DNA of 64,000 nucleotides. It comes from Escherichia coli (GTDB taxonomy: Bacteria; Pseudomonadota; Gammaproteobacteria; Enterobacterales; Enterobacteriaceae). Position 1 is the stretch's first letter. Each line of letters opens with the position of its first letter. The notes below the pieces were generated by a model. It was not told where the DNA came from. It ran no database searches and saw nothing but the letters and a program-made list of their open reading frames with translations. Location of the stretch: NCBI RefSeq assembly GCF_003018235.1, contig NZ_CP027437.1, one strand, 5' to 3'. The translations under genes were made by a program, and so were the position numbers. Shown piece by piece: positions 11,947 to 23,665 of the stretch.

Positions 11947-12022
11947 TGGTGGGTCGTGCAGGATTCGAACCTGCGACCAATTGATTAAAAGTCAACTGCT
12001 CTACCAACTGAGCTAACGACCC
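11947..12022 (-). tRNA. lysZ: tRNA-Lys (UUU)
   Basis: Exact tRNA-Lys sequence. Confidence 0.9.
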
Positions 12023-12070
12023 ATACGGGTGTTACCTGAAAGATTTCTACTCGGAACCAATCTTTAAAAT

Positions 12071-12141
12071 TGGTGGGTCGTGCAGGATGACTCGCTTCGC
12101 TCGCCCTTCGGGCCGTTGCTGGCGCAACGTTATCCTTCACG
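12071..12141 (-). repeat. tRNA-Lys 3'-end-derived fragment repeat, copy B
   Basis: Shares tRNA 3' end plus about 55 nt with copies A and C. Confidence 0.6.
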
Positions 12142-12168
12142 CTTAACATCTGAGTTTGATGTTAAAAT

Positions 12169-12244
12169 TGGTGGGTCGTGCAGGATTCGAACCTGCGACC
12201 AATTGATTAAAAGTCAACTGCTCTACCAACTGAGCTAACGACCC
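12169..12244 (-). tRNA. lysY: tRNA-Lys (UUU)
   Basis: Exact tRNA-Lys sequence. Confidence 0.9.
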
Positions 12245-12247
12245 GAG

Positions 12248-12323
12248 TGGTGGGTGATGACGGGATCGAACCGCCGACCCCCTCCTTGTAAGGGAGGTGC
12301 TCTCCCAGCTGAGCTAATCACCC
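12248..12323 (-). tRNA. valZ: tRNA-Val (UAC)
   Basis: Reverse complement of GGGTGATTAGCTCAGCTGGGAGAGCACCTCCCTTACAAGGAGGGGGTCGGCGGTTCGATCCCGTCATCACCCACCA. Confidence 0.92.
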
Positions 12324-12374
12324 GATACTGCGCTGGATACTACAAACTACTTCCACCGAACCCACCGTAATTAG

Positions 12375-12450
12375 TGGTGGGTCGTGCAGGATTCGAACCT
12401 GCGACCAATTGATTAAAAGTCAACTGCTCTACCAACTGAGCTAACGACCC
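12375..12450 (-). tRNA. lysW: tRNA-Lys (UUU)
   Basis: Exact tRNA-Lys sequence. Confidence 0.9.
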
Positions 12451-12452
12451 GG

Positions 12453-12528
12453 TGGTGGGTGATGACGGGATCGAACCGCCGACCCCCTCCTTGTAAGGGA
12501 GGTGCTCTCCCAGCTGAGCTAATCACCC
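12453..12528 (-). tRNA. valT: tRNA-Val (UAC)
   Basis: Exact tRNA-Val sequence. Confidence 0.92.
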
Positions 12529-12563
12529 GATACTACGCTGGATACTACAACTAACTATGTTAG

Positions 12564-12636
12564 TGGTGGGTCGTGCAGGATGACTCGACTTCGTCTCGCC
12601 CTTCGGACCGTTGCTGACGCAACGTTATCCTTCACG
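12564..12636 (-). repeat. tRNA-Lys 3'-end-derived fragment repeat, copy C
   Basis: As copies A/B with a few substitutions. Confidence 0.6.
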
Positions 12637-12663
12637 TTTTACTACCGCTTCCACCTTAGCGAT

Positions 12664-12739
12664 TGGTGGGTCGTGCAGGATTCGAACCTGCGACCAATTG
12701 ATTAAAAGTCAACTGCTCTACCAACTGAGCTAACGACCC
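12664..12739 (-). tRNA. lysT: tRNA-Lys (UUU), promoter-proximal
   Basis: Exact tRNA-Lys sequence; first gene of array. Confidence 0.92.
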
Positions 12740-12903
12740 ACTTTTTCGTTGCTTTCGGTTTGTTTGATATCCCGTGGCAACGGCGGCATATATTACTGAT
12801 TTCAGACTTGAGCGCAACAAAAATTTCGATGTAGATCACTCAACTGCTTATGATTCGCACGACACGACCAGAAATAATGCGACTTCTGGTCGTGTGTTAT
12901 GCA

Positions 12904-13695
12904 TTACATCGCGTTCAGACGTTTTTGCGCCTGTTTAGCGCCATCAGTACCAGGGTATTTACTGATAACCTGCTGGTATACGGCTTTCGCTTTTGCGGTA
13001 TCACCTTTGTCCTGCATGATGACGCCGACTTTAAACATCGCATCTGCAGCCTTTGGTGACTTCGGATAGTTTTTCACTACCGAAGCAAAATAATACGCCG
13101 CATCATCTTTTTTACCCTTGTTGTAGTTTAACTGACCCAGCCAATAATTGGCGTTTGGCAGGTAAGTTGAATCAGGGTAATTTTTGATGAAATTCTGAAA
13201 TGCCACCATTGCGTCATCCTGGCGGGATTTATCCTGCACCAGCGCAATAGCTGCATTGTAATCCGTGTTTGCATCACCGCTTTTCACCGGCGCGCCAGCA
13301 TTCGCAGTACCAGCATCAGCTGTCGGCGTCGTTGATGCCGCCGCACCGCTTTGATCGCCGCTGGTTGATTGCGCCGCTGCACCACCGCTGCTGAGGCTAT
13401 CGATCTGCAACAGGATCTGCTTTTGCCGCTCCACGACCTGATTCAGTTGATACTGATTTTCCTGAATCTGACCACGCAGGGAATCAATATCGGATTGATT
13501 ATCAGAGAGTTGTTGCTGGAGTTGGGTTAAAAGCTGGCTGTGAGCATTTGAAATACGCTCAAGTTGAGTGACGCGGTCTTCGACCGAGCCTGAGCCGACA
13601 CTACTGATTGGTGCCTGAGCAAAAGCGGCCCAGGGGGCCGCTATACCAACCAGTAACGACAGACTCAATAGTTGATGTCTGAAGTTACTGCTCAT
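12904..13695 (-). CDS. cpoB: cell division coordinator CpoB (YbgF), TPR protein of Tol-Pal system
   Basis: 263 aa; signal peptide, coiled-coil Gln-rich region, C-terminal TPR-like repeats; synteny after pal. Confidence 0.9.
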   Translation of the reverse strand: MSSNFRHQLLSLSLLVGIAAPWAAFAQAPISSVGSGSVEDRVTQLERISNAHSQLLTQLQQQLSDNQSDIDSLRGQIQENQYQLNQVVERQKQILLQIDSLSSGGAAAQSTSGDQSGAAASTTPTADAGTANAGAPVKSGDANTDYNAAIALVQDKSRQDDAMVAFQNFIKNYPDSTYLPNANYWLGQLNYNKGKKDDAAYYFASVVKNYPKSPKAADAMFKVGVIMQDKGDTAKAKAVYQQVISKYPGTDGAKQAQKRLNAM

Positions 13696-13704
13696 GCAAT
13701 TCTC

Positions 13705-14250
<546 letters not shown>

Positions 14251-14260
14251 TTAATTATTA

Positions 14261-15553
14261 TCACAGATACGGCGACCAGGCAGGGAATTTGACCTGTCCA
14301 TCAGTTGCCGGAAGACGCGCTTTGAAACGCCCATCTGTAGAAACCAAATTCAGCACGGATCCCATCCCCTGAGAAGAGCTGTAGATTACCATAGTGCCGT
14401 TAGGTGCCAGACTTGGCGTTTCATCCAGGAACGTGGACGACAGAACTTGTACGCCTCCCGTTGCCAGATCTTGTTTGGCAATGTGCTGCTGCCCACCATT
14501 GGAGCTGACCATTACCATAAATTTACCGTCGCTGCTGACATCCGCATCCTGGTTCTGCGAACCTTCCCAGGTAATACGTTGTGGCGCACCGCCGTTGATA
14601 TTCACTTTATAAACCTGTGGACGACCGGCCTGGTCAGAAGTAAATGCCAGGTTCTGGCTGTCCGGGAACCAGGTCGGTTCGGTATTGTTACTGCGACCAT
14701 CCGTCACCTGGCGGATCTGACCAGAAGCCAAATCCATTACGTACAGGTTCAGACTACCGGTTTTCGACAAGGCGAATGCCAGTTTGCTGCCGTCTGGCGA
14801 GAATGCAGGTGCACCGTTGTGACGCGGGAATGAAGCCACCTGACGTACAGCGCCATTTGCCAGCGTTTGGATGACCAGCGCGGAACGACCGCTTTCGAAG
14901 GTCACATAAGCCAGTTTAGAACCGTCTGGTGACCACGCCGGAGACATCAGCGGCTGCGGTGAACGGTGAACGACAAACTGGTTGTAACCGTCATAGTCAG
15001 ATACGCGCAGTTCATACGGGAACTGACCGCCGTTGGTCTGAACAACGTAGGCAATACGGGTACGGAACGCACCTTTAATGCCGGTCAGTTTTTCAAACAC
15101 TTCATCACTGGCGGTATGACCAGCATAACGCAGCCACTGCTTGTTCACTTTGTACGAGTTCTGAGCAAGTACAGTACCCGGTGCGCCGCCAGTGTCAACA
15201 AGTTGATAAGCAACATTGTAAGAACCATCCGGATTCGGAGTGACCTGACCGACAACTACAGCGTCAATGCCCAGTGCGGACCATGCAGCTGGTTGTACTT
15301 CCTGCGCACTACCCGGCTGCTGTGGCAGACGAGCGCGATCTAACGGATTAAATTTACCGCTGTTACGCAAGTCAGCAGCAACGATGCCGCCAATATCTTC
15401 AGGTGCCGCACCAGGACCCGCCCACTGGAAAGGAACAACACCAATAGGACGACCGGAATCTACACCGCTGTCGATCACAATGCGGACTTCAGCATGCAGA
15501 ACTGATGCCCACAGTATGAGAAAACCAAATGCTACTCGTAATGCCTGCTTCAT
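14261..15553 (-). CDS. tolB: Tol-Pal system periplasmic beta-propeller protein TolB
   Basis: 430 aa; signal peptide; repeated WSPDG/FSPDG propeller motifs. Confidence 0.95.
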   Translation of the reverse strand: MKQALRVAFGFLILWASVLHAEVRIVIDSGVDSGRPIGVVPFQWAGPGAAPEDIGGIVAADLRNSGKFNPLDRARLPQQPGSAQEVQPAAWSALGIDAVVVGQVTPNPDGSYNVAYQLVDTGGAPGTVLAQNSYKVNKQWLRYAGHTASDEVFEKLTGIKGAFRTRIAYVVQTNGGQFPYELRVSDYDGYNQFVVHRSPQPLMSPAWSPDGSKLAYVTFESGRSALVIQTLANGAVRQVASFPRHNGAPAFSPDGSKLAFALSKTGSLNLYVMDLASGQIRQVTDGRSNNTEPTWFPDSQNLAFTSDQAGRPQVYKVNINGGAPQRITWEGSQNQDADVSSDGKFMVMVSSNGGQQHIAKQDLATGGVQVLSSTFLDETPSLAPNGTMVIYSSSQGMGSVLNLVSTDGRFKARLPATDGQVKFPAWSPYL

Positions 15554-15685
15554 CATATCTCCCTTATCTGGACCGATGGCCCACGATAATTTAGCAGAAT
15601 GTTAACAAACTAAAATACACAAAACTACCAGAACCCCGTGGCAACCGGTGCCTGATGTTGACCGTCGGAACAGTCAACATCGCGA

Positions 15686-16951
15686 TTACGGTTTGAAGTC
15701 CAATGGCGCGTTTTTGAACACTTCATATACTGCCTGGCTTGGTGGTTTCGGGATCTTCGCAAGTTTAGCTGCTGCCAACGCAGCCTGACAAAGTGCGGGA
15801 TCGCCACCTTCAGGTTTGATATCCAGTAACATACCATCGGGTGCCAGTTTTATGCGCAGCGTACAGGTTTTGCCTGCATAGGACGATGCGTCATAGAACT
15901 TACTTTCGATAGCAGATTTAATCTGCCCGGCATAGTTATTGATATCGGCCCCTGATGCGCCATTGTTTTTAGTATTACCACTCCCGGCTGGCGAAGCATT
16001 GTTCCCTTTCGCCCCTCCCCCCGTTTTCGGTGCATTCTTACCAGAGCTTAGCTCACCGAAAATATCATCTGCCTCTGCGGCAGCTTTTGCTGCAGCGGCT
16101 TTTTCAGCTGCCGCTTTTGCAGCTGCCGCTTTTTTGTCTGCGGCGGCTTTTTCTGCCGCTGCTTTCTTATCAGCTGCTGCCTTTTCAGCAGCCGCTTTTT
16201 CTGCTGCTTTTTTGTCGGCTGCAGCTTTCTCTGCTGCCGCTTTCTTATCAGCTGCAGCCTTTTCAGCAGCCGCTTTCTTCTCAGCTTCTGCTTTGGCTTT
16301 TTCAGCAGCTTCAGTTGCCGCTTTCTTTCTTGCTTCAGCTGCAGCTGCTTCTGCCTCTTCCGCTTTCTTCTTCAGTGCCGCCGCGGCTGCCTCGGCTTTT
16401 TTCTGCGCTTCGGCTGCGGCTTTGGCGGCTTCTGCTTCTGCTTTTTTCTTCGCGTCTGCAGCCGCTTTCTTCGCAGCTTCTTCCGCAGCTTTAGCATCCG
16501 CTTCGGCCTTCGCTTTAGCATCTGCCGCCGCTTTCGCTGCCGCTTCTTCCGCTTGCTTCTGCTTTAACTCGGCCTGTTTTGCGGCTTCTTCAGCCTGCTT
16601 TTTCTGTTCCTGAGCAGCTAACCGCTCTTTCTCAAGTTGCTTCAGGCGTTCCTGTTCAGCCGCTTGTTTCTCACGCAGTTCTTCAGCAGCCTGCGGTTCC
16701 TTCATCTTGCGCTGCTCATCAGAACGCTTCGCGCTTGATTCCTGGCTTTGCATGCGTTTGTACTGCTCAACTACCGCACCTGAATCAACCATGACAGCGT
16801 CGATGGATGAACCACCGCCGCCTCCGGCTGAAGCTTCTATATTCTCATCGAACGAACTCCAGATCAGCGCCGCAAATAAGATGACATGCAGCACTGCTGA
16901 AATAATTATCGCCCGCTTGAGCTTGTCGTTTTGTTCGGTTGCCTTTGACAC
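15686..16951 (-). CDS. tolA: Tol-Pal system protein TolA
   Basis: 421 aa; N-terminal TM anchor, long Ala/Lys/Glu-rich helical domain, C-terminal globular domain. Confidence 0.95.
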   Translation of the reverse strand: MSKATEQNDKLKRAIIISAVLHVILFAALIWSSFDENIEASAGGGGGSSIDAVMVDSGAVVEQYKRMQSQESSAKRSDEQRKMKEPQAAEELREKQAAEQERLKQLEKERLAAQEQKKQAEEAAKQAELKQKQAEEAAAKAAADAKAKAEADAKAAEEAAKKAAADAKKKAEAEAAKAAAEAQKKAEAAAAALKKKAEEAEAAAAEARKKAATEAAEKAKAEAEKKAAAEKAAADKKAAAEKAAADKKAAEKAAAEKAAADKKAAAEKAAADKKAAAAKAAAEKAAAAKAAAEADDIFGELSSGKNAPKTGGGAKGNNASPAGSGNTKNNGASGADINNYAGQIKSAIESKFYDASSYAGKTCTLRIKLAPDGMLLDIKPEGGDPALCQAALAAAKLAKIPKPPSQAVYEVFKNAPLDFKP

Positions 16952-17015
16952 TCTCGGTTTCCAAAAACTGTTCGCCTGTTACCCGCTCTCTTTCAAGCAA
17001 GGGAAACGCAGATGT

Positions 17016-17444
17016 TTAGATAGGCTGCGTCATTAAACCAACCGATTTCACACCCGCACTATGTAACAAGTTCAGTGCTTTAATTATTTCATCGTAAGGC
17101 ACATCTTTTGCGCCACCGATCAGAAAGACCGTTTTCGGGTTGGCCTTGAAACGGCTGGACACTTCCGCCACCACCTGCTCTGGTGGCAAACGCTCCAGGC
17201 GATCTTTCTCAACCACCACGGTGTACTGACCAATACCAGACACTTCAACAATCACTGGCGGATTATCGTTACTGCTCACCGCCTGTGATTCAGTAGCGTC
17301 TGGCAGATCGACCTCCACGCTCTGGGTGATGATGGGCGCTGTCGCCATAAAGATCAGCAACAGCACCAGCAGTACGTCCAGCAACGGTACAATGTTGATT
17401 TCGGACTTGAGATCGCGACGACCTCGTCCACGCGCTCTGGCCAT
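17016..17444 (-). CDS. tolR: Tol-Pal system protein TolR (ExbD family)
   Basis: 142 aa; single TM helix; operon context. Confidence 0.95.
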   Translation of the reverse strand: MARARGRGRRDLKSEINIVPLLDVLLVLLLIFMATAPIITQSVEVDLPDATESQAVSSNDNPPVIVEVSGIGQYTVVVEKDRLERLPPEQVVAEVSSRFKANPKTVFLIGGAKDVPYDEIIKALNLLHSAGVKSVGLMTQPI

Positions 17445-17447
17445 GGC

Positions 17448-18541
<1,094 letters not shown>

Positions 18542-18690
18542 TTTACATCCCGGTAATGCAACAAAAGTTAGAGCTTTTAAACGCTGCTACTATACGCGCG
18601 CGATTGAGGTTTGGGAATGAGGGCAAGTTAAGGGAGCGTAAAAATTTATGGGCCTGGAGCGGCCCATAATTTTTTAAAGAGAATTCTGAT

Positions 18691-18984
18691 TTAAAAGAAG
18701 AAGAAAATCAGCCCGACAATGAGAACAATATCGGCAAGCAATGGGCAAAAAATCCCTTGCCAAAGAACCTTCTGCGGACGAAAGCCCACGCCGTGAATCA
18801 CACCAGCACAGACGGCCCACATCAGCAATAAACCATGCCAGATTTCCAGTTCACTGGTCTTCGCGGCGAAACGTGATGGGTCCCAAAACATACATCCTGC
18901 TAACAGAAGCGCCATCACGAAGGAAAGCGCCCGCAGGGGGCGCTTGTCCATTACCGCATACAAGGTTGCGATAATCTTACTCAT
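18691..18984 (-). CDS. ybgE: cyd operon membrane protein YbgE
   Basis: 97 aa hydrophobic protein downstream of cydX. Confidence 0.85.
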   Translation of the reverse strand: MSKIIATLYAVMDKRPLRALSFVMALLLAGCMFWDPSRFAAKTSELEIWHGLLLMWAVCAGVIHGVGFRPQKVLWQGIFCPLLADIVLIVGLIFFFF

Positions 18985-19097
18985 CAGATGTCTTCTTGAC
19001 CGGCTTTGCCTGATTCGACGTGCTCAAGCGCCAGCGCGGTGATTACCCCAAACGAACAGGCAAGAAGCGTTCCCAGAATCCATGCGAAATACCACAT
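18984..19097 (-). CDS. cydX: cytochrome bd-I oxidase accessory small subunit CydX (37 aa), not in ORF track
   Basis: Minus-strand translation MWYFAWILGTLLACSFGVITALALEHVESGKAGQEDI between cydB stop and ybgE start. Confidence 0.85.
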   Translation of the reverse strand: MWYFAWILGTLLACSFGVITALALEHVESGKAGQEDI

Positions 19098-19111
19098 TTT
19101 TAGCTCCTTAC

Positions 19112-20251
19112 TTAGTACAGAGAGTGGGTGTTACGTTCAATATCTTCTTTGGTGATACGACCGAACATTTTCCAGTAACACCAGGCGGTGTAGAGCAGAA
19201 TGATCGGTACCAGAACCACCGCAACCCAGGTCATGACGTTAAGCGTCAGCTGGCTGGATGTTGCATCCCACATTGTCAGACTTGCGTTCATCATGGTGCT
19301 GGACGGCATCACAAACGGGAACATTGCGATACCGGCAGTCAGGATGATGCAGGCCAGCGTCAGGGAGGAGAACACAAACGCCCACGCGGCTTTATCCATA
19401 CGTGCAGTCAGGATGGTCAGCAGCGGCAGAACCACACCCAGTGCCGGAATAGCCCACAGAATTGGCGTGTTGTTGAAGTTAACCAGCCATGCGCCAGCTT
19501 CACGAACCACTTCTTTATTCAGCGGGTTAGAGGCTGCGTAATGGTCCATTGTCGATTTCACGACATAACCATCGATACCGTACATCACCCATACGCCAGC
19601 CAGTGCGAAACAGACCAGTGTCACCAGTGCCGCCACCTGAGCCGTTGCACGGGTACGCAGGTGCAGTTCGCCCACGGTACGCATTTGCAGGTAAGTCGCG
19701 CCCTGAGTAATGATCATCCCTACGCTCACCACGCCAGCCAGCAGGCCGAACGGGTTAAGCAGCTGGAAGAAGTTACCGGTGTAGTACAGACGCAGATATT
19801 CATCAACGTTGAACGGTACGCCCTGCAACAGGTTACCGAACGCCACACCAATCACCAGCGGCGGAACGAAGCTACCAATGAAGATGCCCCAGTCCCACAT
19901 GTTACGCCAGCGGGTTTCTTCAATCTTGGAGCGGTAGTCAAAACCGACCGGACGGAAGAACAAAGATGCCAGCACGAGGATCATCGCCACATAGAAGCCG
20001 GAGAACGCAGCGGCATAGACCATCGGCCAGGCAGCAAAGAGTGCGCCGCCCGCGGTGATCAGCCAAACCTGGTTACCGTCCCAGTGTGGTGCAATGGAGT
20101 TAATCATAATTCGACGCTCGGTGTCGTTACGACCGAGGAAACGGGTGAGCATGCCCACCCCCATGTCGAAACCGTCAGTGACTGCAAAACCAATCAGCAG
20201 AACGCCAACCAGCAGCCACCAGATAAAACGCAATACTTCATAATCGATCAT
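19112..20251 (-). CDS. cydB: cytochrome bd-I ubiquinol oxidase subunit II
   Basis: 379 aa polytopic membrane protein; synteny. Confidence 0.95.
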   Translation of the reverse strand: MIDYEVLRFIWWLLVGVLLIGFAVTDGFDMGVGMLTRFLGRNDTERRIMINSIAPHWDGNQVWLITAGGALFAAWPMVYAAAFSGFYVAMILVLASLFFRPVGFDYRSKIEETRWRNMWDWGIFIGSFVPPLVIGVAFGNLLQGVPFNVDEYLRLYYTGNFFQLLNPFGLLAGVVSVGMIITQGATYLQMRTVGELHLRTRATAQVAALVTLVCFALAGVWVMYGIDGYVVKSTMDHYAASNPLNKEVVREAGAWLVNFNNTPILWAIPALGVVLPLLTILTARMDKAAWAFVFSSLTLACIILTAGIAMFPFVMPSSTMMNASLTMWDATSSQLTLNVMTWVAVVLVPIILLYTAWCYWKMFGRITKEDIERNTHSLY

Positions 20252-20266
20252 TTGACGACTCCTGTC

Positions 20267-21835
20267 TTAGCGTGCCGGCTGAGTAGTCGTGGAAGACTGC
20301 TCAAAGTGATAGCGACCGGTTTTCAGGCTGCTTGGGCCGAGGCGTGCAAACTTGAACATTAAGAACAATTCTGCCACCAGGAACAGGGTATACAGGCCGC
20401 AAATCAGCACCATTGAGAAGATGAGATCGCCTGCGGTCAGTGACGAGTTCGCCACAGCTGTCGGCAGCACTTCACCGATAGCCCACGGTTGGCGGCCATA
20501 TTCAGCCACGAACCAGCCCGCTTCTACAGCAATCCACGGCAGCGGAATACCGTACAGCGCGGCGCGCAGCAGCCATTTTTTCTCGCCAATGCGGTTGCGG
20601 ATGACACTCCAGAAAGAGAGCGCGATGATTGCCAGCAGCAGGAAGCCACACGCAACCATGATACGGAACGCGAAGTACAGCGGCGCTACACGCGGAATGG
20701 AGTCTTTGGTTGCCTGTTGAATCTGCGCTTCAGTCGCATCAGCCACGTTTGGCGTATAGCGTTTCAGCAGCAGACCGTAACCGAGGTCTTTCTTCATGCT
20801 ATTGAACTGGTCACGAACCGCCTGGTCGGTAGAACCAGAACGCAGTTGCTCGAGCAGAGAGTACGCCTTCATCCCGTTACGAATGCGTTCTTCATGCTGC
20901 ACCATCAGTTCTTTCAGGCCGATAACTGGAGTATCCACGGAACGCGTTGCAATGATGCCCAGCGCGTAAGGGATCTGGATCGCAAATTTGTTCGTCTCCT
21001 CTTCCTGATCAGGAATGCCGAACAGAGTAAAGGCAGCAGGCGCAGGTTGCGTTTCCCACTCGGCTTCAATAGCAGCCAGTTTGGTTTTCTGCACGTCGCC
21101 CATTTCGTAACCAGATTCATCACCCAGAACAATAACAGACAGAACGGCAGCCATACCGAAGCTGGCAGCGATAGCAAAGGAGCGTTTAGCGAAGGCGAAG
21201 TCACGACCTTTCAGCATATACCATGCGCTGATACCGAGGATGAACATCGCGCCAGTCACATAACCAGACGCTACAGTGTGAACGAATTTCACCTGAGCAA
21301 CCGGGTTAAGCACCAGCTCGGAGAAGCTCACCATCTCCATACGCATAGTTTCAAAGTTGAAATCGGACGCGATTGGGTTTTGCATCCAGCCGTTCGCAAC
21401 CAGAATCCACAGTGCGGACAGGTTTGAACCGAGCGCCACCAGCCAGGTGACACACATATGCTGAACTTTACCCAGACGATCCCAACCGAAGAAGAACAGA
21501 CCTACAAAGGTGGATTCGAGGAAGAAGGCCATTAGACCTTCGATTGCCAGCGGCGCACCGAAGATATCCCCTACATAGTGGGAATAGTAAGACCAGTTAG
21601 TCCCGAACTGGAACTCCATGGTCAGACCGGTAGCCACACCCAGAGCGAAGTTGATACCAAACAACTTGCCCCAGAACTTGGTCATATCTTTATAAATCTG
21701 TTTGCCGGAAAGGACGTAGACCGTTTCCATAATGGCCAGCAGGAACGCCATACCGAGCGTCAGTGGCACAAAAAGGAAGTGGTACATCGCGGTCAAGGCA
21801 AACTGTAAGCGCGACAGTTCGACTATATCTAACAT
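20267..21835 (-). CDS. cydA: cytochrome bd-I ubiquinol oxidase subunit I
   Basis: 522 aa (start at second Met, [14 protein letters not shown]); synteny. Confidence 0.95.
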
Positions 21836-22172
21836 CATGACTCCTTGCTCATCGCATGAAGACTCCGAGAGTGAACCCCGTTAGAAAGGGTCACACGCAT
21901 GCCCCAATACAAAATTATTTGCTCGCCTCTATCGTTGCCATTTCATCAAAAGAGGAAAAGACAATGATAAAAAAGTTACAAATATGTTAATGAATAAACC
22001 AAATTGATCCCGTAATTATATTACGCCGCAAAATCCTTACAATAAACAGGTTTTTATTGAGCAAATTTGCATTTTTCGACAGTGATCAATTTATAGCGAA
22101 ATTGTCACGATCTCACCAATTTGATCTACGACAATTTATCGTGTTTTGCAGATTTTTTTCAAGAATTAAAAA

Positions 22173-22186
22173 TTGATTTATATCAA
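22173..22186. promoter_or_regulatory. FNR box in cydA upstream regulatory region
   Basis: TTGATTTATATCAA fits TTGAT-N4-ATCAA consensus about 340 bp upstream of cydA ATG; weaker TTGATctacGACAA at 22119–22132. Confidence 0.6.
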
Positions 22187-22640
22187 AACCAACCAAATAT
22201 GTTAATTATGTATAAACCATAGATCATTGGTGATTTTATTGTTAATTTATTGTGAAATATTTATGCAACACAATTATTACAATGAAAAGGTATAGATAAA
22301 AAACCAGTGTTTTATTTAACAGAACCGCCCTATCCACTTTTTATAATACCAATTGATTAGATTAGCCAATTTGTTGCTATTTTACATAACATATTTTTAT
22401 CAAAGTTAATTGATTGTTGCCTTTATGAGCACCGGCCGTAAGCCCGTTATGTTATTGTTTCATTAGTAATAATCACTTAAATGTATCGATGAAACAGGTA
22501 TGACTTAGCGGGAGTGATTGTTTCTGAGTGAACAGAGACCACTTTCGCCTGATAAATGAAAAATGAGCGATTTTTGCAAGTTAGTTTTTCTATAGCCGAG
22601 TACGCTCAGCGCCTCGCTTGATTACAATGAGGTTGCTGCT

Positions 22641-23585
22641 ATGAGTCCTGATAATATCAGTTCTGCTGTCAATCGCTTCTCAGGTTGGCCATCTAATGAT
22701 CCTCTAAAAACAGATAAAGAATCAATGACATCACCCATGACTGTGCAGGTAATAAAGATGATTGCCGCCATCCTTGATCCACATCGGATAGTCGTTGGAA
22801 TCGATACACTTTATACAACGCAGCGCGAAACATTTACCTCAGAGAGTCAACAGCTCATTGAATCAGCATTGCAAACACTTCATGTGATGAATTTAAATAA
22901 CCTGGAAACAAATCTCGATGAGGAAGGTCACTATCTGGCTTTTGGATATAACGTTGACACTCCTGACAGAATAACCGTTTCTGCTTATAATGAAAAAAAG
23001 CCTGGCTGCTATGGTCAATGTCTTTTAATACAGGATGACGAAACAGACTTATTTAACCTGATAAAAGTTAAAATTTTTGAAGCCAGGCATAATTATGTCG
23101 CTCAATTGATGAGCGATCCGGAATTTATGTTCAAATTTAGTTATAGCGCTCAACAAAATAGATTAGAACCTCATCTTCTGGTTCCCACTTATTTCCCTCT
23201 AAAAACAAACGAACCGGTTACGCAAGAGGATGTACTGTTACTTTATCGTTTCTTTAAAATGGATGGTGATTTTAATATATTAACATCAGATGAATACATG
23301 AGTATCATGACACCTCTGATGAAGTGTGAGCGCAGCATCCACGACCACAACAGGTATGTGACGGGCAAAGATACCCTTCTTCTGGACTATCCTCCTTCTG
23401 GTAACCAGATATATTTCCATATTTTTCCTGACGAATCAGCAACACTAGTCCTTTATTTTTCAAACAATGACATTGAATGTTTCGTCTTTGAAAGAGATAT
23501 TCCGAGCCAGTATCGCTTTTTCAAAATGTTTACCAATCTGGCACTGGTTATTGATCAGTTAACCGATGCCAATCAAATACTTTAA
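22641..23585 (+). CDS. hypothetical protein (314 aa), AT-rich, no recognisable motif
   Basis: Long ORF with low GC (about 35–39% by eye) relative to flanks; acidic; no similarity I can recall. Confidence 0.6.
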   Translation: MSPDNISSAVNRFSGWPSNDPLKTDKESMTSPMTVQVIKMIAAILDPHRIVVGIDTLYTTQRETFTSESQQLIESALQTLHVMNLNNLETNLDEEGHYLAFGYNVDTPDRITVSAYNEKKPGCYGQCLLIQDDETDLFNLIKVKIFEARHNYVAQLMSDPEFMFKFSYSAQQNRLEPHLLVPTYFPLKTNEPVTQEDVLLLYRFFKMDGDFNILTSDEYMSIMTPLMKCERSIHDHNRYVTGKDTLLLDYPPSGNQIYFHIFPDESATLVLYFSNNDIECFVFERDIPSQYRFFKMFTNLALVIDQLTDANQIL

Positions 23586-23665
23586 TTTTTATATATTCCC
23601 TGTGGCAAATATTGCCAAACAATGCCCGGGGATTAATTTTTATTACTCACGGAAAGATTTAAATA

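Noticed and set aside
11700-12740. Possible CRISPR array (short repeats separated by spacers)
   Set aside because: The repeats are 76-nt tRNA-Lys/tRNA-Val genes with full cloverleaf sequence and CCA ends, not 28–37-nt CRISPR repeats; no cas genes or leader.
15939-16613. Long plus-strand ORFs (224 aa and 154 aa, Ala/Ser/Leu/Phe-rich) inside tolA
   Set aside because: Shadow ORFs on the antisense strand of the repetitive Ala/Lys/Glu-coding region of tolA; low-complexity translation, no start context.
19082-20362. 426-aa plus-strand ORF antisense to cydB
   Set aside because: Fully overlaps the well-supported cydB on the opposite strand; His/Arg/Gln-rich nonsense typical of antisense frames in GC-rich genes.
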